In this document: piece by piece, positions 38,301 through 51,377 of the stretch | Layout of the letters: each line of letters opens with the position of its first letter | How positions within the stretch are numbered: the first letter of the stretch is position 1 | Assembly (NCBI GenBank): GCA_008632985.1 | Contig: QPGO01000036.1 | Span: 62,001 to 126,000 of the forward strand | Origin: Psammoneis japonica | Taxonomy: Eukaryota | Direction of reading: 5' to 3' | Length of the DNA: 64,000 nt | The notes under the pieces: model-generated | Seen by the model: only the letters and a program-made list of their open reading frames with translations | Told to the model about the DNA's origin: nothing | Database searches by the model: none | Position numbers and translations under genes: made by a program

Positions 38301-40539
38301 TGCGGGACAGTGCAGACAGAGTTTGTGCCCACCAAATGATGGCGCACATTCCAGAGTCAAAGAGCAAGGACAAAGAAGAAGACTCTGGTGCAGCACCCTT
38401 GTTCAAACTGGAGCAAGGCATTGCTGAGTTGTCTGCAGGGCTTGTGTCTGCCAAGAAAGCCTCGCTCAAACTGGAGCAAGGCATTGCTGAGTTGTCCACA
38501 GGGCTTGTGTGTGCCAAGAAAGCCAACACAAACAAGAAAGTCCCAGCTGGAGCAAAGGACATCCTTGCCACTGCCAAAGATGGGTGCACCACGCAACTGT
38601 TTGAAGAAAGCATGAATCTCCCAGAGCCAAAGCCAGAGGTGAAGGATGTCTTGTGCATGTTTCTGTGAGTCAACTCATGGGCAAATGCCACAGACAAGCA
38701 ACTTCACTTGCTGGAATGCATGCTTGCTGCCATTTCCATCCCACAGCAGGGGCATCACAGTTGGGGGCAGCTTGCGCAGACAACAAGGAGACAGGACCAA
38801 GACGTGAACAAGCAAGGTGGGTTAATCAAGGGACCTCCATTTTTTTTTTGGTGCTTCTTGTGTGGGAAAAGGCAGCACTGGCAGATGAGAATGCTGCAGC
38901 CCAGTTTCATAATTGAAGAGGCCTCCCCATCACAACAAGGTGGAGCAAGGGTGTGCTGAACCTTTTGCACGCAGCTTCAATCACAAAAAATGGTGCAGGA
39001 GCTCTTGTGATGGTGTGGCATCTCTTGTTCTCTGGCATCAAAGTCAGTGAATGCAATCAGCAGGCTTCTTGCATGTCAGATGTGAGCAGCAGGTCTTGCA
39101 TGGTGCTGCCCAGTCAGAGTGCAACATCCATGCACAGCACAAAGTGGGTCACCTCTCTGTTGAGATTGTGCAGTGGTGCAGAGGCTAGAAGATGCGGTGT
39201 TGACAACAAGATGCTCAATGCGGTGATGCCAAATTTGTGGGCAGATTGTCAATCACACTTGCTGCTGCACTGCAGTTGGCACTCTCATCTTTTTGGTTCC
39301 AGCAAAAAACACAAACAAAGCAAGATGTGTGTGAAAAGATTCCAGCATGGCTGCCGTAAACTGAAAAGCCCTTCACACGCAAGGTGACAATCTGACTTTA
39401 CATTTTGGGGAGACTGCAGAACAATGTTCTACATCAATGTTTGCAGCAGAGCACTCTGCCGTCACCAAGAAGATGCCAAATCTGGCATCAACAATTGTGT
39501 GTCCCAGGCCAAACATGAGCAACAATGAAGAGAAAGAATGTTCTAAGAGAGGGGAGCTGTGGCAGCTCCTCTCGTGCTTTCACCATTTGCACGTCAGCTG
39601 GGCAATTTGTTGCATTGGTGTGGACAGAGAGAAAGTGGCATCTGCGTCATGGAAGGGGCAAGCAAAATGCATGACAGGTGCACTGCCAATCTTTTGGGAT
39701 GGGCTGTGCTCCTCCAAAACCAATTTGTTCAATTGAGTGACATCTGCCATCAGTGTTTGAGTGGGGGCCTGGGTCTGTTTGAGCGGGCTTGGCTCCTTGT
39801 TGCAGCCACAAGGTCAAAAGTGTCAGGGGCATGATGTCCAGCTGCAAGGTTCCAAATGCTGGTTTTGCCACGACAATGATGATTTCTTTCTTCAAGAGCA
39901 AAAATGCAGCCCTGCAGTGACTGAAGTGTCTCTTGCATGGTCAACAAGCATGTGCTTGTGTGTCTGATGCAGGTCCCAACAATGGGGGCTCATCCAATTC
40001 ACCCGACATCTTTCAAGAAAATGTGCCAAGGCTGTTTGAAGACTTGTTGTTTGCATGTGCATGCCCAGATGATCTTCTGGCAGCCACTGAAAGTGCTTCT
40101 GAAGACCACCACTCAGAGAAGCTGGCAGCCATGCTGCAGCTTGCAAGCAATGCTGGACTCAAGGTCAATGGAGGAAAAAGTGCACTTTTGAAAAATGCAG
40201 CTGGGGTGCCAGAGCCACACAGTCAATCAGGATGGGACACACTTCATGGGCACAATGAGCTGCAGTTGTGACAATGACCAAGACATTCTGAAATGTTGGA
40301 CCACCCACCAGACAACTCAGCACAGGCAGGACTTCAAAATGGAGGCAGATGTGTGTCAAGGACAAAGCACTTGAAGCCAAAAAAGTGTGTTGTCAGACAA
40401 CTTCTCATTGGCAACTTCAGGTTTCAACAAAGCTGATGCCTCCAAATGTCAACTCAGAGCAGCAACATCACAGGACAACAAACCTGTCATTGCACCTTGT
40501 TGCAGCAGAAAGCTTGACAGTTGTTTGCAGTTAAACTGC

Positions 40540-40576
<37 letters not shown>

Positions 40577-43500
40577 ACAACAACAACAACAACAACAACA
40601 ACAGAGAAAGAACTGCTTGCCACTGTGGAGATGTTGAAAGAATTTCAAACAACATCCTTTGGTCAGCACACAACTGCACCTGTTGATCACAAAATTCTTG
40701 CATGGAAAGTGCTCAACAACTCCAAATTTGTGCACTTTTGCTTGATGTGCAAAGAGTGCAGCTCCAAAGAATTGCAGCACAGCATCATGTTGTGCCACAA
40801 CCCCCTGGTTTGCAGATGCCCCCAACTGTCTGGCACTCAAAGTTTGAAGTTTGAGTGTGGTCTGCTGACAGTGCTGGAGATGCCATGTCTGCTGCATGAA
40901 GTTTTTGCACTGGAGACTGCAATGCCACCAGCAAGCTCCAAGCAAACACACAAAGAACAACAGAAGGACTGGCGCCTGCTGCTGAACATGTTGTGTGTTC
41001 CAGTGTGCACTCCATCCATGTGTGCCAGAGACATGATTGAGAAAACACCTGAGTGTGAGCTGCATTGCAAGTGGCTGCACCATCATGAAAAGGCATGCAC
41101 AGAAGCATCTGCTGCCTGGCACTTCCACTGGCTGGCCCAGCATGAGGTCTGCACCCAACATGTGCCAAACATGTGCTGCACAAGAAGATGAAAGACTGGA
41201 GGACACAGTGTGGAAGAAGCTGTCAGAAAAAGCATCTGAGATGATCCTGTGGGAGACCTCACATGTGTGGATGAAAAGCAGGCCCTTGGAAGCTCAGGCT
41301 CAGTGGGTTGACTGTGTGTGCCAAAGACTGACTTTGGCTGGAGCCTGGGCCACATGATTGAGTGTTCCAACCAAAACTGACCCAGCAGCTTGGCAGCCAT
41401 TTCCAGATCTAGCTTGTTCTTTTCAACTGCATGTTCCACATCAAAATGTGCTGTGAACATCAAAATCTTTTCAATGTGGCTGTGTGATTCTCCATGTGGA
41501 ATTGCATGATGTGTCTCTTGCAAAAGTTGCCACATGGCAGCAGCATGTGGTTCTTTCTGACAACTTCTTTCAACTTTGCAGTTGCAGAAGCAGCCCCAGA
41601 ATCAACTGTGGGAAGTGGGCATGACATGCGTTGTGCAGAAAGTGGCAAATTGTTGTGCACTTCTTGCCAAAATGGGCCTGTTGCATTCAAAGGATTTTGA
41701 CAGCCAATGAAGCACCACCAGAGGAGGAGAGAAAGCCGCTGGCAGAAGTGGCGGTGGTGAGCACTGAAGAAACAACCACTCATGTCATTGTCGTGGATCA
41801 AGGAAACTGCGGCATGACATGTGCTGCAGCACACGTCACAGTGTCCTTGCTCTTTTTGTGCACACAAAACAGCTCTCAAATGGCTTTTTTTACATCGGCA
41901 AATGGATTTGTCACCGTGCTGCCAGCACCCTTCATGCTGGTTGACCTTGAGCCTTGTGAAGCACCTTCTGAGGAATCTCTGACTGCTGAAGAAGCGCCGC
42001 CAGTGGAGGAGAGAAAGCTGCCAGCAGAAATGGCAGTGGTGAGTGCTGTGGAAACAGCTCCTTGCATGATTGTCATGGAGCAAGGATGCTGCGGCATGAG
42101 GTGTGCTCCAGCACATGTCACAGCACCCTTGCTCTTTTGGTGTGTGCAAGACAGCTCAATCAAATGGGCTTCTTTCTGCTTTGTGCTCCTCAATGCAGCC
42201 GCCAACCACAGTCATGACCGGCGTTGTGGTTTTCAAATTTAGCAGAGGGGGGAAACATGGGGCTGGTGCGCCGACTGCAGCTACGAAAAAATGCGGGGAG
42301 ACTTTGAAGGAGCTCCAAAAGCGCTGTGTCCTGGGTTGCACTCACGCTGTTTTCACTCTTTTGAAACAAGAAAATGAAAAATTGAAAAAGAAGGAGTTGG
42401 AGTGGAAAGTTGCAATTGGTGCTGATGATTGTTGGACCGCATTGTGCTCAGCTGCAAAGGGTTTGGCAACAGAAGAGATGCTCAAGGCACTGCAAACAAA
42501 AGAGAGGAGAGCCAATCCCATGTCCAAGTTTGAACTGGTGGAAGCACACATGGTGGGGGGAGATGATGTTGTGTGTGACAGTGGCTGGTGTGGAGCGGGT
42601 GGGGAAAAATGGGGAAACAGTGCTTCAGTGCATGTCGCACAGTCAAACAATGTCAACAGTTCCAGCACGTGCACCATGCTGTGTTCTGATGACACATGTT
42701 GTTGCAGGATGTCTGTCAACTGTTGTGCCAGGTGCACCAAACTGCATTTCATCTGTTGCCCATTGTGGCAAGTGTGACAAACTCCACTCCAATCTGTTGT
42801 GGTGCGTTGAAAATTGAAGTGCCTCTTGCCAGCTGCCACAACAAGCACTTGCCTCCACCGCCTCTTGCACTCTGAGAACAGGCGCCAGTCAATGCAACTC
42901 ATTTTCCTTCTCAAGAGAGGCCACTGAAGGGCAATGCTTGGAACCGGGGACCTGACAACAATGACAAAATGAGCGAGCCATTGCAGGAGTGACACTGTCA
43001 AGAGCATCAAGGTGGTGCTCAACCCACCTTGTGCTCCCATGTTGCTCAAAGTGTTTTTTGCAGCAACCAAACATCATTTCAATGGGATTCAAGTCAGGGC
43101 AGCATGGGGCAGTGAAGATAAAAGCAGCTCTCTTTTCTTCAATGATGTCCATGATGCGCTGTGAGAGGTGAGTTGATGCATTGTCAAGCACAACAATGGA
43201 CCTTGGCTCTCCCTCCTCTTCAAAGTTGTCGGTGCAAGCAGCCAGTTTCTCTTCAAACTAAAGCTCAAATTGCTCCTGATCAACTTCTCCTGTGAGTGGG
43301 TTGTTCTTTTTATCTCTTGCATTGCCCCCAAGGAACAATGTCACAGGCCTCCTTTGCAAATCCATCAATGTCACAAGCCACAAGCAATGAATGCTGAGCC
43401 TGTTTGTTGATCTCAAAGGATGTCAATCAAACAGGAGTTGTGACTCATTGAGACCACCAGCGCCACCATCTTGATGAGCTTCAATCTTTGTGAGACTCAT

Positions 43501-43702
43501 CCAAGCACAGTGGCATTTCAGGTCAATGCACTGCAGCCTTCAATGCTTGGAGATGTGATTCCCTTTCTTTCTTGTCTGTTTCCATGGCCTTGTTTGTCAC
43601 AACTTGAAGGGAGCATCCCACTTCCTTTCCAAGTTCCTCATGTGTCTGGGCTGGGCTCCATTTCTTGTGAGCAACCTGGCCCAGCACTTGGGTCACTCGC
43701 TC
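32382..43702 (+). repeat. Segmental duplication, copy B; lacks the 1026-1459 insertion and the 8108-9866 segment of copy A
   Basis: Direct sequence match. Empty site ggaccaacctctt at ~33312-33324. Junction tcaacaagca-TGTGCT-tgtgtgtc at ~39941-39964 joins copy A positions 8107 and 9867 through a 6-bp microhomology. Confidence 0.96.
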
Positions 43703-44435
43703 ATGTTTGGACAAAGGCCAGCAGGCTCTTGATCAACAATGTTCCTTGGGACAAAGGCACCCCACTGAGTCCACAAATGTTGCTTGTGTCCAGTGCAAGA
43801 TCTGGTCATCCACTCATGAGTTTGGGCTGGAGCCTTGCCACAAAAAAGACAGCATCAAAATGTCGTTGACATCTTGAAGAATCACATGGGCACCCACTGG
43901 CAGATGGAGATCACTCACTTGCTGACATGGGTTTGAGTGCTGAGTTTTGGCACTGGCTCCAACATGGACAACATCTTTGCCAAGGCCAACAAGAACAAAC
44001 AAAATGGTTGCCTGCCAAAAACCTTGGTGACTGCGCCAGTGTGGAGTGGGGCCAATCTACATGGAAAAGCAGTCCATTGGGGTCACTCTTTTGTTTGGCC
44101 AATGATGAGAAAGAAGAAATCCATGCTCAGAAGGTCTCTGAGCATCATTTTCAGCCCATCATTGCTTCAACAATGCAAAGTGCACAATGTTGTTCAAGAC
44201 ACAAAAGGTGGTTGTCAGACAGTGGGCAACATTGGGGAAAAGAGGCAATTTTTGCCAACTCTCATTGTCAGCGTGTGTGTTGTTCACTTTTTTGCATCAC
44301 AGCCTTGTCAAGCATTCAAAGACATTTGCAAAACACCCCTGCATGTCTCTGGGCATGGCTCAGCTGCTGAGAAATGAGATGCAGACTGTTGCAGTGGCAA
44401 AAAATGCAGTTGTGAACAAAAAAGAATCTTTTGCA

Positions 44436-44439
<4 letters not shown>

Positions 44440-44482
<43 letters not shown>

Positions 44483-44666
44483 NNNNNNNNNNNNNNNNNN
44501 NNNNNNNNNNNNNNNNNNNNNNNNNNNNNNNNNNNNNNNNNNNNNNNNNNNNNNNNNNNNNNNNNNNNNNNNNNNNNNNNNNNNNNNNNNNNNNNNNNNN
44601 NNNNNNNNNNNNNNNNNNNNNNNNNNNNNNNNNNNNNNNNNNNNNNNNNNNNNNNNNNNNNNNNNN

Positions 44667-44717
<51 letters not shown>
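44440..44717 (+). repeat. (TG)n microsatellite spanning an assembly gap (N at 44483-44666)
   Basis: Read directly from the sequence. Confidence 0.98.
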
Positions 44718-44718
<1 letters not shown>

Positions 44719-45279
44719 ACTTGGAACTTTTTTGTGGAATGCCAACATGACTCTGCACAGCGCACATCACTCTCCATCATGAGTCCATGTGTCAACCACA
44801 CCATGCACACTTTTCATGCCCCAGATTTCCTTGCATTGACTGTCTTGCAGAAGCAAGAAAGGTGATGCACAAGGGCTGCATTCAGGTGGTTTGTTGCAGC
44901 GCCGTTGCTTGTTTTTTCCACTCATGATGCTCTTGCGTGCTTTCCTTCTGACGGAAGCACCTTGGTGCTTCAACCAATGCTGTTGGACCTTGCATGTGTC
45001 ATGTCTGCACAACAAGTGGTGTCTGGATCAACAGAACACAACTTGACTTTCTTGATTTGCACACAAATCTCCATCCAAAGGACTCAAACTCTGACCGCAA
45101 TGTCAAAATTGCTCATGAAGAAGCTCACTTCATGTGAAACATTTGCTTGCATTCATGTTTTTGCCCCAACTCAAGCAAGACCAAGCCAACTCAAATGTGC
45201 AGTCAAACAAACAATGACCCATTGAGCACAAAAACTGGCAAGGCACCTCATTTGGAGTTCAAGACATGCTGCTCAATCC

Positions 45280-46183
45280 ACAAAAATGTGGTGGTTCAGA
45301 GCCAAGGAGCATTGATGGTGGAAGACTTGCTTCATGTCAAGCAGGTGAATGATGTTGTTGCATGCTGCGTGCAACACAGAAAACAGGATCACATTCTTAG
45401 ATGCCCCAACAATGAAGCTTGGCATCAAAAATTTCTGCATGGCCTCCGCAAGTGCTGTGACAAGCTTGATGCAATGCCTCCATTGCGCAGCCTCCTTTTG
45501 TCTTCCATTGAAGCATGGTTCCAAATTGGGATGAGATGCACTGCAGACATTGTCCCCATGCTTCATTCGCTGTGGCAAGCACAGACTGAAATCAGATGTT
45601 GTCAGTTTTTCAATGGCAGTTTCTCCACACTGTTGAATGCCTTTCAAGAAATGCACCTCAGTGAGTCAGGCCCACTGGAGCAGTGTTGAAAAGAAAGCCA
45701 ACCTCTTCTGGTTTGGGTGGTTCAGACAAGTGCTCCCATTTGGAAATCATGATGGGGGCTGTGAGAAAAACACAATGAGGAAGTGCATGGACATGATGCT
45801 GACTCCAGGAAGTCATCTCAGTGCATGCAGGCTGAGGCTGAACTCACAGCTGTTTGCAACAAAAGACAGGAGTGTCTTGCCAAGGACAGAGAAGTGTTGC
45901 CACCAGATGCCATTGAAACTCACATGCCCCACTTTGCTTCCAGGATCCTCAATTGGATTGCCATGGCAAAACCATGCCCAAAGAACAGCATCAAGAAGGC
46001 AAAGCACTCTGCGCTTTGTGGCACTCACTCTGTTGCTGGCCATTTCGGTGGGGTGTCAATTCCCAGTGACACCCATCCTGGCTGATCCCCGACAACTTCT
46101 GCTGCACTCAACTGTGCACTGGATGTGTGGGTCAGCCTGCACTGGCCCAGCTGGCAAAGAAGTGATGGCACTTAAAATTTAGA
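45280..46183 (+). mobile_element. Older, fully decayed relative of the LINE-like element at 24380-25590
   Basis: DHILRCPNNEAWHQKFLHGLRKCCDKLDAMP and MHGHDADSRKSSQ match the first copy. Similar 3' end (cacttaaaatttag). Both TA and CG depleted. Confidence 0.8.
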
Positions 46184-47959
46184 TTTGTTTTTCTTTGTGC
46201 TCCTCAGTGCAGCTGCCAGTCATGGTCCCAATGCCTTGGCCAAAAGATTTGTCACCATGCCACCAGTGCCCTCCATGCTGGTTGACATTGACTTCTTTCT
46301 AAAGAAGCACCTCCCAAGGAATCTTGGTCGACCACCTGTGGAAGAGAGAAAGCTGCCAGCAGCAGCAAAAGTGGCAGCAGTCAGCACCAAAGAATCAACC
46401 GTGTGCTGTCTTGGTGTGTGTCCAAAAGCTCTCACTTGACTTTTTTGCTTTGTGCCCCTCAATGCAGCTGCCAACCATGATCCCCGCAATGGCTGCCGGC
46501 CAAACCTTTTGCTGCTGCACTGCCAAATTTCTCCACACTGGTTGACAATGTCAACTGCACTTCACTTGATGTTGCCCCTCCAGCACCCATTGGTGCATCA
46601 GCAGGAAAAAGAGTGCTGCACCTGCAACAAAAGCTCCTGAAGTCTGCCAAGAGATCAGAGGAGCAAGAAAGGCATTTTGACAGATTGGAAGCTGCACATC
46701 AACTCCTTGCAGAGACAAACAATGAGAGCAGTTTTGTGACTCAAAGATCTCAGGCCAAGGCCACAGAGATTTTCAATTGTTGCTCAAGATTTCCAGGAGA
46801 CAAGCAAAGATTTGTGTTGGACCAATGGCAGCTTGCAAAGAGAGTTGTGCAACAATCAGAAGCACAAAATGGACAACATGAGAACAGCAATGGTCTCACT
46901 GCTCAATTGATGATGAGCTTGAAACCAGCAGGGTTTTCTCTGCAATGAGGCAACTGGGGAGACAGCGCTGCCACCATTAGAAGCAGATTCAAATCTCCAT
47001 GTTTTGACCAATGGGGGAAGAACAACATCGTTGAAGCACTCCCAAGAAGCGCTGCACAAATCATGACTCTTGTTGCATCATGCTGGGTCAAGAGTCAGGC
47101 ATCTTGGAAAGACTTGATGCCTGCACTCACTCCCTTCAGCTAGAACATGAAACTTTGGATGGAAAGTTTGGAACCACACCAATTGACTTTTGTGGCAGCA
47201 AAGGCTCAGGAAGCATGAGCAACTTTGTCATTGAAAACGTCATTGATGCTGACCCCACTCTTGCCAGGTGCTCAGCAATCTGTTGGGAAGAAAGAGAAGC
47301 CATCCCTCAATTGATCATCCCTGATTGTTTCATTTGGGTGGGGCCATCTGACCCATGCAATTTCATCCTTGAGTTCCATTTTGCCAACTTGAACCACCGT
47401 CAACTCCACATTCTTTGGACAGCGGCAAATTTGGAAGCCTCATTTTTCACAAGCACAGGTTCTTAGACCATGAGGAGCAGTCTTTCTTTGAGAATGTGTG
47501 GACAATGGGAGGCTCCTTGAGAGTTTCACATTTGTCCATTGGCACTCCAGCTTTGCTGTCCTCAAACACACTGTCAAGAGTCGAGCCGTCAAAGCCCTCT
47601 TCCTGAGTGATGCTGTCCTTCAAGAAGTGGATCTAGGTGCACTTGCTGAACTGGCTGCCACCACCCATTTTTGCAATTGCACCACTGAAGACTGCAAAAG
47701 GTTTGGCAAGAAGTGAGCTGCCCACAAAGCTGCAAGAGTGTGGGATTGCTGTCAGCACCAGTGAGAGTCAATGGCGCTTGAGATCTCTGAACCTTTGTGC
47801 TGGTTTTTTGTGCAGGCAGTGTCACAAATTCTTTCTAAACAACTTTGGCAGGGGTGGGTCAAGCAGATTTTCTTAATTTTTTCCAGCTTTGGCTGGAGCA
47901 TGCATCATTGACTGAAAAAAAAAAACACTCTCACAAATGCTCGTGTAAGACCCTCTCAG

Positions 47960-48200
47960 TGGGTTGCAGATTGCAGAGTGTTTGAAGCTTGTGCCAGAGG
48001 CATCACACAAGAGCACTTGGAGTCAGAGGATGCTCTTGAACTTGAGCATGTTGGAAGCAATGCACAGTGCTTTTTGGAGGACAAGATCCTTGTTGGGCAT
48101 GCACTCAAGAAAGATTTGCATGTGCTTGACATCACTCACCCATGGTGTGTGACCTTCGTGACACCAGCAAGTGCAAGTGGCTCATGTGGCATGGTTTGAA
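47960..48200 (+). pseudogene. DEDDh RNA exonuclease (REX4-like) fragment
   Basis: GITQEHLES...LEDKILVGHALKKDLHVLDITHPW matches the ExoII motif ILVGHALxNDLxVLxIxHP. Confidence 0.7.
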
Positions 48201-48619
48201 AACAGCATTTTGTGGCCATGCAAGTTAAAGGAGCATTGCCAAGTGCCCCAGAAGAAGCATTGTGCCACTCGTTTGCTGCTTCTGATGATGTCGACACCAG
48301 CAAGACATCATTTCAACCACTCGGAACCTCAGATCTGCCAACATTGACAAAAAAAAAACAAAGCAGCCACCCAAACAGAAATGGATCACTTGCTCTTCAC
48401 TGAGAGAGCTGGTCCACACCATTCACAAGGTCACAAGGTTGTGCAGCCAGAGGATTGTGTGGCTGAGCTCAGAGCTCAGCTGCTCAACGATGTCTCATCT
48501 GCTTTTGGTGAGCAAGCTGAGTCTGCAGTTTTGGTGGACATTGAGCAAAAACTTCCAAAAAAAGCCAGTGCCAAAGAGGAAGAAAAGACAAGGACAAGAA
48601 CAATGTGATGACCAGGACA

Positions 48620-49451
48620 TCACCATGGGTTTTGTCCAAAGTTTGCCACTTTTGTGGAAATCAGTTGCCTGGATGATTGGAGAAGAGCCTTTCTCAAACA
48701 TTGCGGCAATGAATGAGAAGAATTTTGACTCACTCATGTTGCATGTGAATGCAACAATCAGAAACAATCTAGAGTGGATGTCCTTGGGGTCAGTTTGGGA
48801 ATTTGTTGCCCTCTTTGACAGCCTTTGCATGGCACTGGCAAAGTCAGAAGCCCTCAACCAATGGGCTGCTCACATGGTGCATGTGCAATGCTGGACAACT
48901 GGAGCAGCAAATGGGCCCAGGAATCATGGAGGCAGAGCTGTCAAGTCACCAAAGGCTGTTGTCACTGTCGGCATAAAAGACTGTCGTCAGACTGTTGCAA
49001 ACTCTGTCAGGCCAGGTGATGCGGCACTTGAAGTGGGCTGTCATTTTGGTGCCACCACGGCACTGCTGCACAAAGCCGCTGCTGCAGGAGCTTCAGGTGG
49101 CCACGCCGTTGGAGTGGACGTGAGTCCCAAAATCATTGGTGGAGCCAAACACAAAAACCCAGAGGTTTTCTTTGCTGTCGGAGATGCGTGGAAGACGGCA
49201 AAGCCATTTAGAATTCAAAGAGAGTTCCTTGAAACAAAGTTTTCGTCTGAGCCAAATGATCGAGTTGGGTTTGATGTCGTCTGTGTTGACGTTGGTGGCT
49301 TGTCGGGAGGTGATGGGCTTTTGGAAGCCCTCTCGCTAATATGTTGGCATTGATGAATGCGCTAGAACCAAGATGTCTCGTGATTAAGAGTCTCTGTATG
49401 AGACAGTTGTCGTCAAGTCTAATCCCACACTGGAGGAAAACAAGAGATTAA
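48620..49451 (+). pseudogene. Class I SAM-dependent methyltransferase-domain gene, eroded from the 5' side
   Basis: LEVGCHFGATT (motif I), VGVDVS, GDAW, FDVVCVDVGGLSG. Frameshift near 49340, then ALEPRCLVIKSLC...stop at 49449-49451. The 5' boundary is uncertain. Confidence 0.7.
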
Positions 49452-49670
49452 TGATGGCGACAAAGAAAAACATGAGATAACCTTTGCGTCGTCAGAGATC
49501 TCAAGTTTTGCGAATACAGCTCCTCATCTGAACGAAGTACAGCCTTTCGTGTCCCTTTACGGAATGCCGCAGAGGATTTCATTTGTTAACTGAAGCAACA
49601 AAATTTCGGCGTAGTGTTCAGAAGAAACGAAATAAGTCTTGCGATAGTAACAGCGTTACGTTGATTCATA

Positions 49671-50881
49671 CTACCAATTAAGCCAGGGTGTCTGCGAATC
49701 ATCAACCGGATAACCCCAAATACCCATGGCTTCCTTCATGTCGGCACAAGGATGATCCCTTGTGAGTTCGTCTTCAGAAACAAATTTGCCAGTAACGTCC
49801 AAATTGTTGTAAAAATGCACCCTAATATTTCCGTAGAGCCCCGCAAGAGCGTAAGGATCATTTTCTGCAAACTCAACGGCATCGGTCCTGTTTGGCGCAT
49901 TATACAGAACGAGACTGCCGACAGCCAAACTCGAAGGATCGTCTTTGAACTCGGTAGGAAGATGTATCGGCCCGGCAGCAATCACGCGTTCGGAGCGAAT
50001 CAAGTACTCCAAATGAGAGTCCCACAAGTCCTCTCTTACTTGTTCAGCTTCGCTCATTTCTTCAGGGGAATTGTCCAAGGCCAGCAAGAGTACGGGTGTA
50101 CCGGTCCGTCCATCATCTTGTCGAAGAGTATAATCGCGAATGTGACGCCACCTGTAAAGCGGTACGTTGGATATGTCGCCGCCAGTCAGCGATTGAATAA
50201 TTGGCTCCCGAGACATGAGCTCATACACATACTCCAATTTCGTCGACTCCATGCACATTGCATGGCCAATGATCCGTTGTAAGTCAACCGAGAGACTTGA
50301 GTTTCAACAATTGAGGTTCGAGCGTGAGAAAACCGATTGAAAGAGCGAATCATAGCCAAAGAAACTTGAAGCTTCACTTACATTGGATAACTCCAGAGGA
50401 CATCGACCATGCTATCATAGTTAAATGTCTCATTATAAAGATTTGCCTTGCGGCAAAACAAGACGTGTTCTTCAGTAAGCTCCTGACGATCGTAAAACAG
50501 TTTCAGTACATCTCGATCTTTGGTATCCAGCGCCTTGTCCCAACAAAACGCCACAAACCGGTTTCCGCTGTTCTTGGACATGGGTACCGGTTTCAATTCG
50601 ATTGTTGGAGCATCCAGACCCTCCTTGTAGCCGCGGCCAGAACGAATGTCCTTGTTGTCGTCGTCGTCTGTATCGTAATCCGATTTCTTTGAAGAATACT
50701 CCGACCCATCGTTCACAAACGAAGACATATGCAGCCGCGATGATTCACTGACAAGAGCATGTTCATTTCTATCTTGAAGGAATGGAAGCTTACCAAGAGA
50801 GTGTGCTGGTAAAAAGGCTGCATCGCCGGTCGAAAGACCCATCATACCACAGACAAAGAAAGCACAAGCCAGCTGCATCAT
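49671..50881 (-). CDS. Probable plastid-targeted YCII-related domain protein; intron 50296-50381
   Basis: Signal peptide followed by GDAAF (ASAF-like cleavage motif). The GTAAGT...AAG intron joins YPI|LSVDLQRIIGH in frame. HLEYL...VIAAGP...GSLVL...FAENDPY..AGLY is YCII-like. Confidence 0.8.
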
Positions 50882-51377
50882 GTTGTTCTTTATCGCAGAG
50901 GAAAACAAATAATTTTGATTTTTGTCGCAATTCACAAGGACCCAAGAACACTGAACTACCGTAAATGCGACAAAGAGCAGACAAAGAGGCGAAATCACTC
51001 AGAAAAAGAAGGTTACCTATTATTCCAACAACAACAGCATCGCGAATGCGATGATGGGTAGTATGATGGGTGATGCGATGGGTGATGGCTGGTCGACGCA
51101 CGCTTCGCGCGCTGCATTTTTTGTGGAAGGAGACGCACAGACGACAAGAAGCATTCGCGCGCCCGGCCGGCCGTATACGGTACGTGCGCTTTGTCGCGCG
51201 CCGGCTTGAATGCATGATGGCTATGATGAAGATATGGTGATGAATTGAGAATGAACAAAAACAACCCGGCCGTCACCGCTCATCTTACTTCTATGAATGG
51301 AAGGAGGGAATGCCTAGACTATAGGCGGTGTGCGGTGTCCATCCATTCACCCCTACCGGTAATATTTTGGCACACGC

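Noticed and set aside
44187..44865. CV/TH-repeat proteins
   Set aside because: Translations of a (TG)n microsatellite and an N gap.
111..48600. Hundreds of 60-300 aa ORFs in the supplied track
   Set aside because: They overlap in all frames, nearly lack Tyr and have no domains; loss of TAA/TAG explains them.
1..49000. Classical fungal RIP or plain 5mC deamination as the sole explanation
   Set aside because: RIP increases TpA and CpG deamination does not remove it. The copia, the first LINE copy and the TRIM LTR lose TA while keeping CG.
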